From assembly GCA_964016885.1 (NCBI GenBank), contig OZ024740.1, positions 338,396,001-338,460,000 on the forward strand: DNA of 64,000 bases, read 5' to 3'. This stretch comes from Eledone cirrhosa. Its lineage: Eukaryota. Made by a program: the position numbers and the translations under genes. Shown here in pieces: positions 1-12,879 of the stretch. A model generated the notes under the pieces. It had not been told where the DNA came from. It saw nothing but the letters and a program-made list of their open reading frames with translations, and made no database searches. Positions within the stretch are counted from its first letter, which is position 1; the number at the start of each line of letters is the position of its first letter.

Positions 1-114
1 ATTGAGTTCAGATGCATCACTGATTTTTCGTTTTATATTATATCACAATCTGCTCTGTAAGAACATAGAGTGCTCAACGGTATATCGCCTATGGAAGCAT
101 CATAGCTACCATCA

Positions 115-117
<3 letters not shown>
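1..117 (+). mobile_element. 3' part of fold-back element family A (same family as 24114-24450), cut by window edge
   Basis: Closely similar to 24343-24450 (attgagttcagatgcatcactgatttttcgtttt...cctatggaagcatca); ends in (CA)n. Confidence 0.75.
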
Positions 118-167
<50 letters not shown>

Positions 168-221
168 TAATTTGTATTAGTGCGATATACATATTGTACG
201 TATTATATATTGAATAATATA

Positions 222-380
222 CGGGATGTTTATGAAAAGCATTTGAAGGCCTTTTTGCTATAAATTTTTAAGGTTGCGATCATCGTAAGACTGTTTTAGC
301 TGGGGCTGGGTGTTTGACGATGAATACAACATTAAAAGTTCACAACGAAAGGCCTTCAAATGTTTTTCAGGAACATCCTG
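222..380. mobile_element. Tc1/mariner-type MITE
   Basis: ~33-bp imperfect TIRs (cgggatgtttatgaaaagcatttgaaggcctt / aaggccttcaaatgtttttcaggaacatcctg) flanked by TA. Confidence 0.75.
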
Positions 381-411
381 TATATTATTCAATATACAAT
401 ACGTACACACA

Positions 412-496
<85 letters not shown>

Positions 497-505
497 ATAT
501 ATACA

Positions 506-656
506 TGTATGTATAACTTTTCAATTCCAGTTACTTGCGCCAAGCTAACGTTGACAGGTAAAATTGGGGGTTCACTATGTATTCTAATTTTTTTGTGTAT
601 GAGCAGGCCCTCAAACTTGAAGTGCCCCAAGCCCTGCAAGGTCTAAATCCATCCCT
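506..656. mobile_element. Right half of hAT-type MITE (homologous to 17426-17726)
   Basis: tgtatgtataacttttcaatt...taaatccatccct matches 17576-17726. Confidence 0.6.
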
Positions 657-1699
657 ATATATATATACATCTTTGCATACATATATACATACGTTTATAG
701 TTTAGACCATGATATTATGACAGACCATTGTTTCATTACTGCAATATTACCATGAAACATGAATGTTTTCTTCACGTCCACCTGCACCTAGTGGCCATTG
801 GCTCCTTTTGGAAATCTTTCTCAACTTTTTGTTGTTTCAGTGTTTTTTCTCACACATCTTGTGCAAAACATAAAAACAAAAACAATAGGGCACAGCTTGA
901 TGTAATCTCATGCTTTTTTATAATTTGAAGGGATTTACCCTATCTCTACCATAGTCCAATGTGTTTGTTCTGAACACTACCTAACATATCCTTCATTTCT
1001 TGGGTGGCCTTTGTAGCTGTAATAGATTTCCTCCTACTCTATAACCTTGCTACCAACACTTCTGCCACGGCCGCACGAGCAATTAGATCCACCATGTTTC
1101 ATAGCAATATGTGCCACAAGTTTTTGCTACTTTAAAGTCCCCCATCAACAATATTGAAAGCAGCTGGTATTTAGTACCACTCTAAAGCCCAGTTTCAGCA
1201 AAGGATAGCAGGAAACCAAGCCACTCTTGTAGGGACTTGTTAAGATACTTTTTTAATTTTCTCCATTAGTGTTAATATTTCCAGAGTGTAAAACAACGTC
1301 AGAAAGGCCATGTTGCTAACACCTCACCGTAATCTGCATTATATAATCGCAGTTGTGAATGACAGTTAATCTCTGTAACGATTTTGCCTCATTCAAAATA
1401 CTCTTCTTGGCAATAATTATGGCTTTTAGCTATTTCCTAATCGTTTGAATCAGCTCCTCTCTAATTTCAAAACAAATTTCCTTAACTTAGTCTCGAGTTA
1501 AAGACAAACTGCGACATTTTTGGCATTGATATGAAGTAGACATTTCTGGAATAGCTCATTGAACCATTTTAAAAGGGATTGTATTTATTTTTTCATTTCC
1601 ATTATAGCAGTCATGTCTATCAATGTATATATAACGGTAGTAGTATCATTAGAACGTTGCACAAAATATTGAGTTACGTCCCTTTAAATTTCACGAGAC

Positions 1700-2075
1700 T
1701 TAAAGTATACCCTTTCCTGCAGGTCTCGTCCAGCACCACCAACTTACATTCTGGGTCCAGGAAGATGGTCCGTATCGTGAGATTCAAGCTATTGTGAGCG
1801 GCACCTTGATCACTTCCACCTTTACTAATTTTTAGCAACACTACGTCGACAGCAGAGTCAGTTCTTCGCTTCTTAGTAGTGTGAGGGAGTGTCATCTGGC
1901 TTCCCCTGGGATTTTGAAAAATACGTCCACTATCCCAAATCTCCTACCTCGGGCGATATGAGTTTTGCGTTCCCATGCGAACTCAAAGCCTTTTGGATCT
2001 GAGACTCGGTGGCGCGCTCCACTCGGCGTGATTCCACGGTATGTCAGCCCTCCTCTTTAGCATTTGCTTAGCCTC
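1700..2075 (-). pseudogene. Possible decayed LINE (Tx1/L1-like) ORF1 fragment
   Basis: GC-richer island; minus-strand translation ...ARGRRFGIVDVFFK... resembles LINE ORF1 segments; frames broken. Confidence 0.25.
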
Positions 2076-3320
2076 CCTTATTTCATTTTTGTTGACAGTT
2101 ATTGTTTCTGTAAGTTTCGTTGCCCCTGCAAAGAAATCAATTGATTTTGAGGGACCTTTCTATGTTGTATTGAAAGGATTAACACTCTGCTTTGTCACCG
2201 GGTCGCTATACGCAGTTGACAAGTCTGTGTTTATTTTATTGTTGTTGTTGTTGTTACTCTTACGTTAAAATTGTTGTTGTTGCTGTTTTTGTTGTTAATA
2301 TTCTGATTTGTGTCAGTGCTGTTTGTTGCTGTGGAGATGGTGGATATAGTGGAGGCAGAGGCGGTATTAGTGTTACTGCTGTTTTTGATTATGTCTTTTC
2401 TTTGGCGTCGATGCTCTGGACATGATGGAAATGGTGGCGATGTTGGGTTTCGGTAATGCAGGATATTCATTTTCATATATTTCTATTGTATGAATTTTGT
2501 CGTCGTTAATTGTACTATTATTGTTGTTGCTGCTGTTGTAGTTGTTGTTGCTGGTAATTGTAGGGGTAGTATCAGTATTGGTGTTGGTGATAGTAGTGGT
2601 GGTGGTGACATTATTGTCGATCTTCAGACTCAAATGCGAGTCACTGTTATGTAATACGAACCTTTGACTGTTTTGGTTGTAAATAGGGAGGCGTATCGCC
2701 TCCATTAAAAAAAAAACGCTACTAAGTGTAAGATCTAAAAATAAAAGTTCAAATATTTGGGCTCAAGGCCCAGATATTATGGGGGTATCTCTTCTCGAGG
2801 GTAAAGATTAAAGCCTTATGTCCTCGTTGTAACAAAAAATTCTAACAAAACGATTTAAATGCGTTAAAACATTAAACTTACTCGAGCTCACAATATCACG
2901 CCTTCACGGTTCAGTCACCAATAACAATAATACGTACGTATGTATGTATAGATTGGTGGATATACATACATATGCATTCTATATTCATATATATTCACAT
3001 ATACGTATACTATATTAATACACATCACATACATATATCAATATATTCAACATTTTAATAGTGCGCATATTTTTTGTAATTAAAACTTTTATGATATCAT
3101 TTTTTTACATATCTTATTCTTGTTTTTTCTTTTTAATTTAACCAATAGCAATTCTTGTTGCCCCTCGCCAATAAAAGAAATCATGATCTTTGTCAATATA
3201 TATTCTTTATGTAATAGTAAAACTAATAGTGAGAATTGAGTTCCAGCAGAGTCCAATCGAAGAAATGGCAGGGCCAACCTACTCATTATAGCTAGTTACT
3301 AATAAACGATAAATAATCAA

Positions 3321-3334
3321 GTTGCTATAGCAAC
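3321..3334. promoter_or_regulatory. Palindromic RFX X-box-like motif
   Basis: GTTGCTATAGCAAC is a perfect 14-bp palindrome fitting the X-box consensus; no linked gene visible. Confidence 0.3.
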
Positions 3335-4831
3335 CAGAACTTTCTACATAAACGTGGACCATGTTTCCAAATTCATCACTATATAATGTTCAGAGAACTG
3401 TTTTCATTATCTGAATTACTATTTCACTTCATTTATTTGATTTCTCTTCCATTGTCAAACTACGTTTATTCAGTCATTATATTTATTTTTTATATTTTGT
3501 AATTTTTTTCTGCGCAATCAGTTGCTTTAAGACTATTTTTTTTAAATTAGTGTTTTGACGAGTCTTTAAGGAATTTCACACAACCAAATATTTATGGAGA
3601 AAAGAAAAAAAAAAGAAACAGAACGAAAGAAGAGAGAGAAAAAAAATGAAATTCTTTCATTAATGAATTGAAGTTTTTCTTTCAATTAATTTTGTATTTT
3701 CTCTGACCTTTGTACCTTGTAGAAATTAACTTTGGAATCAATAACCAGGAACATCCACTTCCTTCTTCTATCTCGTAAATAGAAGTCGATGAATGTCTCA
3801 CAGTGATTTTCAGTGTAAGAGGAGAGCTATCGATAAATTTGGAAAATATCAATTCAAATAAATTCTCTGAAGACAAAGAAGAAAAACGACTTGCGTTTGG
3901 TGTAGCTAAAGAATGAAATAATGGAGTACGTAAGTTGATATTAATGTCTAAGAGGTCAGCAGTTAGAGCAAGTGGAACTTCAGTATCAATTCCATGCTGC
4001 CGTCATGATGAGTTATTTAAATTCCTCAAGTATCTTACTCCAAAAGAATACTGGTGTCAGTTATGTTATATAAACCAGACAGATATTAAGCATGAAGACA
4101 TTAAGTTGCTGAACATTGGAATGGTCAAAAGAAATAACTAAAGTGCTTTCGAGCTAGAATGATAATCAGTGCCAAAGGTATAAGAACTGACAACATTTTT
4201 GGTCTGGGATTTATCAAAAACAAAGAATAAAAGAAAGCCGTAAGATCGATAAAGTCTAATAGGCGAAAATAGGTAGACGTATGTCAAAAGTTACAGACGA
4301 ATCGATTCTAGATTCTAGCCATTTCCCCTCAGCTTTGAGACTGTTACATTAACAAAAAATAACTCTAGGTTTCAGGTCTACAGGGAAAAACAACAAGAAA
4401 ACCAATCTAATGTAGTGCCACTGTGGTTCACGAGAGAGCAACGACAAGAAACAGGTATGTTTTAGAAAGAAAGGTGTACATAATGATAACGCTAGTATAT
4501 AAACAAGTAGACAGATAAAATATATTGTATATCGGACAGACATCACATAACACGTATCACATGGATCTTTGGTTTATAAATTGCTGACCCTTAGTATATG
4601 TATATGAATATATACTATGTAATAATATATTAAAATTTTATGTTAGTAATCTGTTACATAGGCAGGTTCCGTCATTCGTTAAAAAAACGCTGTTTAAAAG
4701 AAATGCCGCATGAAAAACCGAAAGTTCCTTGGGTGTTTACATAAACTTATAAAAAAACATTCAATCTAATTTTAACTATTGAACATTAAAACTTTTAAGA
4801 TTTTTTAATTACATTGAGTAGAATAAACGTA

Positions 4832-4977
4832 TAATTGTTTCTACGTTTTGCACAAAGCCAGCAATTTGAAGGGAATGGAAAAGTCAATTAAATCGATCCC
4901 AGTACGTTAGTGGTACTTTATTTTATCGACTCCGGAAGGAGGAAAGGCATGGTGACCTCGGTGGGATCTGAACTCTC
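4832..4977 (-). mobile_element. tRNA-derived SINE (Nin/Deu-domain-like), 5' truncated
   Basis: Reverse complement of the gagttcaaatccc...gcctttcatcc...gtcgataaaataaagtacc family core. Confidence 0.75.
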
Positions 4978-5156
4978 TACAGGTAGTCTACACGATAGAA
5001 GATAGGTTACTACAACCACACGTTACAAAATACACATAAACCACTTGATATTACTATTGAAGCACGGATGCCGACAAAATATCCGAACCAGCACATTCAC
5101 AAAAATGTTCCTAACTATTATTTATAGTGATCGATTTATAGTGATATACTGCCAAT

Positions 5157-5343
5157 GGTGGATTGGCAGTATCGGTAGAGGGTCAGACATCATGCTTTGA
5201 CGCATAGAGTTACGGCCCTTTCCATTCTGAGTTCAAATCCCACCGGGGTCAACTTTGCCTTTCATCCTGATGGGGTCGATAAAATAAAGTACCAGTACTG
5301 TACTGGGTAATTGCTGGCCTTGTGCCAAAAGTAGAAACAATTA
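5157..5343 (+). mobile_element. tRNA-derived SINE, full length
   Basis: A-box-like tggcagtatcgg, B-box gagttcaaatcc, core ctttgcctttcatcc-ggggtcgataaaataaagtacc, tail ccttgtgccaaaagtagaaac. Confidence 0.85.
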
Positions 5344-5448
5344 TTTATAGTGATCGACATTTATTACAATCATCTGCTTTTGGCATTCTCACACATTTAA
5401 AAACTTCAAACTCCTCAGTACTTCAATAATTCATAAGGTATATACATA

Positions 5449-5664
5449 CGAGAGGATGTTGAAAGTTCCTAGATTTGGGTAAAAGAAAATACAGGAGGAT
5501 CAGTTAATTATGATTTTATTCAAGATATTCCCCACTGAGACTCACACACTTATTGCAGCGGTCCTTCATGTTTTCTAAACCTTTTAAAAAGAACTCGGAT
5601 TTTTGTACTTCCAACCAGGCCTCTGTAGCAGCGATCAAACCAGGAACTTTTCAGCACACCCTTG
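5449..5664. mobile_element. mariner-type MITE
   Basis: TIRs cgagaggatgttgaaagttcct / aggaacttttcagcacacccttg, TA on both sides. Confidence 0.7.
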
Positions 5665-5676
5665 TATATATATATC

Positions 5677-5983
5677 AGGGGCGGTGGAAGCATTTCTGAA
5701 TTGGGTAGGAGGTGCAAATATGGTCAATTTAGTTGTAGTGATTAGTTTAGCTGTTATCAAATATCAACCAAGATATAAAAAACTTCGATATGCGATAAAC
5801 ATAACATTTACATAAATTGTTGCTCATATACAATAGATGTGTTTTGATAGTTTAAGGAGAAAAATATAATTATGGGGGGGGGGGACAACTTTTCAGGACA
5901 CCCTCGTATATATATATATATCATGGGTGGTGGAAGCATTTCTGAATTGGGCGGAGGGCAAATATGGTAGTTTCACCGCCCCT
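5677..5983. mobile_element. hAT-like MITE in (TA)n
   Basis: TIR caggggcggtg / caccgcccctg; contains an internal repeat of its own left junction. Confidence 0.65.
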
Positions 5984-7273
5984 GTATATATATGGTACGA
6001 GGAGTAATTCTAATCTCAAAGACAGGATATTCTGATGAAATAGTTGTGTTAATATATCTATATAAATGTAACGTCATATTATTTATTTAAAATGTTAAGA
6101 AGAACAAATTATACAACAATTCATAATGTTTCTAACAATTCATCTATGTTCTTAGAAATTAAGTACATTTATTGTGTTCAATTATTATCGAGATCATTTG
6201 CGTTTTCTCGTTGTTCACCCTTATAAATTAACAGAAATATATAACATTTTCAAAACACCAACATCATAGTGTATTGAAGTTTAAGATTTAATTTAAACTC
6301 TATCCTGGGCCCAGATATTTATCAAGCTGAAGCTTGATAAATTTCAAAGATAACTCTCTTATACGAGAGGCTAGTCCGTCCTCATTTTTTTCCCAGCTGA
6401 GGGGACTGGAGAAATGTGCAATCAAGTGTTTTGCTTAAGAATATAGCATGCTCCCAACCTATCAATCAAAACTATGAAACTTCCTTACGATAATGTACCT
6501 AACATCCTAAGCTTCTGAGATACATATTTCAGTTCAGTGAGTAGACTCTGTTAGCTGACACTGTAATCAGTGTTCAACTACATATACAACAATGTATTAA
6601 GAGAAGGGTATTAACTGCTTGAAACAGCCCCTGGTTTTATGATACAAAACTGTTTATTTTAAAGTGTTTATATTTAACTAAAAACCTATCATAATTTTAT
6701 GTAAGAGCCTTTGTTATGTTCCAAACACCAGCTTGATAATGAGGTAGTTAGATATATTATCCAATCTTTCCAAATTCTTGATTATTTTCAAAAAAATCAT
6801 TTGAAAATAATAGGCAGTGTCGTTCATTAGAAACATGATATGGAAACAGTTAGAATATAATTTGACATACCTTGACTTATTTCTTTCCCAGTAACCCATA
6901 GATGTTTTACGTTCTTCTAAGTACTCGGTAAGTGTTCTACGTTAAATCTTAATTATGACAGCAACGGACTCGTTAGTATTGATCATGTTTCTATTATGAC
7001 ATAACACGATGACTACCTGGTATTGGCAGGGTATCAGTTAAAGGTTATATATAGATTTCTATTTCTATTTTTGCATAGTTAATTTAGTGTCTTCCTTAAT
7101 ATATTCTAGGCTCACAAGACTCAGTTGCTAATTAACTTGTTTATTGATGTATCACCTGAATACACTACAATGGTAGACTATAATAGATTGTCAGGTTAAA
7201 CATCAGATTTTATATATCAATGCCATCTTGGTCATTTTCTGCTAGTGATTGATATGCATGAATGAGTCTGTAA

Positions 7274-7755
7274 ATGTTCGTGTGTTTTGTAATATATGCA
7301 TCAATGCTTACAAACGTATGAAAAATGAAACCATTTCCGACATGCAAATGATACGAGCTCACACCAACTTATTTTATTTTTTAATTTATTTAATTTAATA
7401 CAATATCGTTTATTCTCTACAAAATATTGACCAATACTTGGATTAAGCAGAAACGGGATACGATCTATCTCCTAACGCGATAAGTATAGACATGATTGAA
7501 ATACTTAGTACAGCACCTCTGATGTGGTTTAAACTGGTACTGACTTTCAAATGAAACAGTTTTTTTATCGACTGCAGCACCCAGTAGCTTCGACAGAAGG
7601 GGGTCGATGTGTAGTGCAGCACGTATTAAAAATGTAAAATTGCTTCCGTGACGTGCGAGAAATATGATTTTGCACCGACATGTTTCGTTTTGCTGTATAT
7701 TTAATTAAAATACATATATACATTAAATATATTTTCCTTCCTTATTGACGAAGCG

Positions 7756-7799
<44 letters not shown>

Positions 7800-7901
7800 C
7801 GTGTGTTTTGTAATATATGCATCAATGCTTACAAACGTATGAAAAATGAAACCATTTCCGACATGCAAATGATACGAGCTCACACCAACTTATTTTATTT
7901 T
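7274..7901. repeat. ~107-bp direct repeat pair (7274-7381; 7795-7901), pseudo-LTR-like
   Basis: atgttcgtgtgttttgtaatatatgc...ccaacttattttatttt repeated 521 bp apart; minus-strand GAAACATGTC at ~7678-7687 between the copies. Confidence 0.8.
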
Positions 7902-7910
7902 GTAATTTAG

Positions 7911-8660
7911 ATGAAATACCAATGAAGGCTGGAAGATCACTGATGAAGGACTAATTTTATTAATATGTAACCCATTTGCAACCACGCAGCACGCCATTTT
8001 TTCATATATTTATATACTTTCCTCCGCTGTGACCCGTCTGTTTCTTTCTTACTGCTTCCCCTTTCTCTGTATCTCTCACTTTCTTTTTACCCCCTCTGCC
8101 AGTCACTCTCTCAGTTAGCCTCTTCCTCACACTTTCACTCACTTACTCTCTGCTACTCCCTCTCCATCACTCCCTCCCGTTTGACCTGTGCGAAATCCTT
8201 TCCTCGCTCACATTTCAACCAGGTCGGATGGTCATTTTTCTCTCGTCTACGATTTCACAGAACATATGTTCATCGATTTCAGGGACTTGACTCCTTCTTC
8301 CTCATTTTCATTGCATTACCATATTTGTTTGTTTACTGTCTCGCTCGTTCCCCCTATTTACGTGTCCCAACGACTTTCTTTAGCCGTTGCCAACCAGAGA
8401 TATATGATCAACCAGAGATATATGATCTTTAAAGCGATGAAATACCAATGAAGGCTGGAAGATCACTGATGAAGGACTAATTTTATTCATATGTAAGCCA
8501 TTTGCAGCCACGCAGCACGCCATTTTTTCACATATATATATATATAGATGAAGCCCTAGAATAATAGGATTGACTTGATCTTACGAATATATATATATAT
8601 ATAAATATATATATATATATTCGTAAGATCAAGTCAATCCTATTATTCTAGTGTTTCATC

Positions 8661-8692
<32 letters not shown>

Positions 8693-8950
8693 TGAAAAAA
8701 TGGCGTGCTGCGTGGCTGAAAATGGCTTACATATGAATAAAATTAGTCCTTCATCAGTGATCTTCCATCCTTCATTGGTATTTCATCGCTTTAAAGATCA
8801 TATACCTCTGGTTGGTGCGAGCAACGGCTAAAGAAAGTCGTTGGGACACGTAAATAGGGGGAACGAGCGAGACAGTAAACAAACAAACAAAGATGGTAAT
8901 GCAACGAAAAGTGAGGAAGAAGGAGTTAAGTCCCTGAAATCGATGAACAT
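7911..8950 (+). mobile_element. Penelope-like non-autonomous element with direct and inverted pseudo-LTR copies
   Basis: Direct repeat 7911-8004 / 8437-8530; inverted copy 8693-8950 of 8266-8530; contains CTGATGAAGGAC half-hammerhead; ends at (TA)n. Confidence 0.6.
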
Positions 8951-8970
8951 AAGGATTGACTTGATCTTAC

Positions 8971-9005
<35 letters not shown>

Positions 9006-9211
9006 CGAGTAGGACCCCGACGGCTGAGCTCAAGCCGTTTCGACGGCTAATTCTGGACTAAAAATTAGATTTTTAGTCCAGAATTAGCCGTCGAAACGGC
9101 TTGAGCTCAGCCATCGGGGTCCTACTCGTTCCTATTACCCACTCTACTACCCTAAGTATTGAGTACTTTGGTGCGTTATGGTCCACCTGGTTCCTTACCA
9201 CATTTCCTTCG

Positions 9212-9277
<66 letters not shown>

Positions 9278-9420
9278 GTAAGATCAAGTCAATCCTATTA
9301 TTCTAGGGTTTCATCTGTGTACTCACTGGGTCATCAGACAATGCTGTCTTTGATGACTCTGAAAAATACAAAGACGCAGAGTAACAGAACTTTGACTTGA
9401 TCATAATACATATAAATCTC
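8546..9420 (-). mobile_element. Fragmented small element family C (pieces at 8546-8588, 8620-8661, 8952-8974, 9274-9420) with decayed HHR
   Basis: ttcgtaagatcaagtcaatcctattattctag occurs in both orientations next to (TA)n; minus strand of ~9300-9340 reads CTGATGA-cccagtgagtacacagat-GAAACcctag. Confidence 0.55.
9003..9211 (+). mobile_element. Fold-back element family B (3' half of HHR) in (TA)n
   Basis: Near-perfect palindrome 9003-9131 plus tail; arm consensus GAAA-CGGCT-tgagctc-AGCCGT-C fits stem III and cleavage triplet. Confidence 0.7.
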
Positions 9421-9464
9421 TACTATGGTATCAAGTTCTCATTATCGTGATCACCAATATTAAA

Positions 9465-9538
<74 letters not shown>

Positions 9539-9541
<3 letters not shown>

Positions 9542-9689
9542 AAAAGAGTCAGGACCCGACGGCTGAGCTCCGGCCGTTTCGACAGCTAGATCCGTCGGGG
9601 TCCAGACTCTTTTCCTATTACCCACTACCCTAAGTTTCGAGTACTCTGGTACGTTATGGTACACCTGCTTCCTTACCACACTTTCTTTG

Positions 9690-9691
<2 letters not shown>
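9539..9691 (+). mobile_element. Fold-back element family B, copy 2
   Basis: Homologous to 9003-9211; inverted aggaaaagagtc / gactcttttcct; (TA)n both sides. Confidence 0.7.
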
Positions 9692-9726
<35 letters not shown>

Positions 9727-9768
9727 TTAACAATGAAATAAAAAATCAAGTCATTAGAGATATACTTC

Positions 9769-9904
9769 ACTGCTTTACGATCGTTTCTAGATGGTGATAA
9801 TACATTGTATCTATACTCAGTTATTGATCTATGTAAGTTTACAAACTATCAGATAGAGAGAATATTTACTTACATGTATATCACCAGCTGTTTTCAAAAG
9901 CAAT
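9769..9904 (-). ncRNA. Type I hammerhead ribozyme candidate, U3-A8 core variant with long stem II insert
   Basis: attgctt-TTGAAAA-cagctggtgata...tatcaccatcta-GAAA-CGATCG-TA-aagcagt; stem I, stem II and palindromic stem III can all form. Confidence 0.55.
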
Positions 9905-10687
9905 AATAATTTTATTCAATAATAATTTTACTCAGAATTAGTATCATGTCCATATTTGGAGGTAGTTGAAGAACTAAAGAATCAAATTGTTTTTTCCATA
10001 TGGTGTTAAGATGAAAAGTAATACACTTTAGTTGAGGTCATGACCCTTTGAAAGGAATGGTTGAAAGGTGTTAGTAGAAATGGCATAAAAATCTATTAGG
10101 AAGAAAGGGGATTGTCAAACTGATAGTTGAATGTATCTTGTATAGTGAATTTAAAAGGAATGTCAAAATAAATGGTGATTAGTGTTGTATTGAGTTTTAA
10201 GGTGCATATAAATTAATGTTATGGCTAGGAAAGATAGTATATTAAAAGATGAAAATTATAATAAGATAATGAGATATAGTAATGCGATAATATACAACTT
10301 AACCAACAAAATATAGTACGGTGTGGTAAATTGCACTCAGTATAATATAACATATTATACGCTCTAAAATATTACTAAGTATGTTTATGCATAAACAATC
10401 AAACTTAGATAAGTACATGTTGGCATAGTTAAAACACATACATTTCATAGTCTACAAAGTGCATATATTCACACTACTTATAGAAAGAGGTACAGTTATA
10501 TTGATATCTAACCAAAATATAGATTATATGCATGTGTGTAGATGTGTATTTAGGTTTGCATCTGTTTGCACGTATGTATATTTTGGTTAGATATCAATAT
10601 AACAATTTGATTCTTTAGTTCTTCAACTAACTCCAAATATGGACATGATACTAATTCTGAGTAAAATTATTATTGAATAAAATTATT

Positions 10688-10823
10688 TTTGCTTTTGAAA
10701 ACAGCTGGTGGGTGATATGTAAGTAAATATTCTCTCTATCTGATAGTTTGTAAACTTACATAGATCAATAACTGAGTATAGATACAATGTATTATCACCA
10801 TCTAGAAACGATCGTAAAACAGT
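10688..10823 (+). ncRNA. Second copy of U3-A8 hammerhead candidate
   Basis: gctt-TTGAAAA-cagctggtg...tcaccatcta-GAAACGATCGTA-aaacagt. Confidence 0.5.
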
Positions 10824-11009
10824 GAAGTATATCTCTAATGACTTGATTTTTTATTTCATTGTTTTAACTTATATCATGACTCTGTTTTCCTTTTAATGTT
10901 TTATTGTTTTCTGAGATTTATCTTAACCTACAACATTTTCAACATATATGGATTACATTGAGTTCTTTCTTCATGCAGAATAGACCCCACAACCTGCAGT
11001 GGATACCTC

Positions 11010-11392
<383 letters not shown>

Positions 11393-11506
11393 ACATACAC
11401 ACACACACGCGCACATATATTGAGAGAGATAGAGAGAACCAGTTTTGAACAAGTTAGACCATTATTCAACAGAGTATTCGATACTTGGGATAGTAGAATA
11501 ATACTA

Positions 11507-11610
11507 TATTAGAAAAGATTCGGGGCCCGACGGGTGAGCTCTTGCCGTTACAATAACTAGATACGGCAAGAGCTCGACTCTTTCTAATATATCACCACTC
11601 GTGACACGTT
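11507..11610 (+). mobile_element. Fold-back element family B, diverged copy
   Basis: cccgacgggtgagctcttgccgt ... acggcaagagctc; outer IR tattagaaa / tttctaata. Confidence 0.55.
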
Positions 11611-11660
11611 CACTTAAATATATTTTTTTAAAATCATGTTCACTTAAAAATAATTCTTAC

Positions 11661-11757
<97 letters not shown>

Positions 11758-12879
11758 TCCTTCTCTTTCTCTCTTCCATTTTCCTTCTCTATTTCCTTCT
11801 CTCTCTCGATGTCTTTCTTTCAATCTACTCTCTCATAACCACTATCTCTTTCTCTCTATGAAGATACCCGAAAAAAACCCGTATCTTGGGATCCGTGCTC
11901 CGATTTACTTGTTTTATTCCATTTGTATTCCGATTTCAGAGGCAACTTCCTTTCAAAGTATCTTCCCATTATGCACCATTTTGGTTATATTAAATTACAG
12001 ACAAGAGACAATCACAGAGTTTTAGAAGTATACAGATATTTATGTGTTTTTCCTAATTAATGACAGCTTCACTTTTTTCCCATCTCTTACACCAACTACT
12101 CTGGATCAAAGTTTACTTCCTTCATTTCTAAAAATACATGTGTTTCCTTTACCACTCTCCGAACTGTTTCGACCACCAACAACTGTTCGATCATGTCCCT
12201 TCTGGCATGGAGAACTTCAGTCTTACTTCATCCCGGTCTGAAGTCATTATTCTCAAGTAGTGCAGATAAGGGGTAGGAGCAAAGTGGGATGGTCTTCCTC
12301 GGGAGAGACCCTTATGGGGGCGGCACTTTTGAGTCTGTTGTATATACCTATATTGAAATGAAAATTGTTTTAACTTCAGGACACTACTCACAGTTGAAAG
12401 ATGTTTTAAATTTCGAGTAACTTAAACTGTCATATGTATTTAAGCGATTGTTAACTTGGCCGGAGAATAAACGTTATTTAGTGATATATTTAGGGCTGTT
12501 TTATCATTAACAACGGGGAACCTGTGAACATACCCAGGGTAGATTTTAATGCCGCAGCGCCGTTGTGTATGAGAGAGGCCATCTTGGTCATCATTGGTAT
12601 TTCAGTTATTTTCTTCGACAGAAGTCTGTTTGAGGGTATCTGTTGCACTAATTTTCGTTCCTTAGCAATATGTTTTATTTTGTGTTGGAGTGGGCCAGAT
12701 CAAGGGCTACCCCGAACGTTAAACTCTCTAACTGCATCACCGTTGTCCTTAGCAACGTTAATGCTTACACGTTATTCCACACTGGCACCTCCTCTACAGA
12801 TGTCAGATGTTTCACAAACATTAACAGTCCCAAATCTCCCAGGTGTTTCACTTAGAACATGGCCTATAATGTTTGGATT

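Larger units (their letters stand above)
9722..10872. mobile_element. Large fold-back element with ~270-bp inverted arms (9724-9990 / 10601-10872)
   Basis: Arms are near-identical reverse complements; inner IR 10495-10521 / 10577-10603; (TA)n at left. Confidence 0.8.

Noticed and set aside
310-646. ORFs with long YIYI/HTHT/CVCV runs here and throughout the ORF track
   Set aside because: Translations of (TA)n, (CA)n and (GA)n microsatellites, not genes
3682-4330. Possible host exon after a polypyrimidine-AG at 3722
   Set aside because: All three frames stop quickly and there is no recognisable protein similarity
5157-5250. Functional tRNA genes
   Set aside because: tRNA-like heads lack complete cloverleaves and continue into SINE bodies
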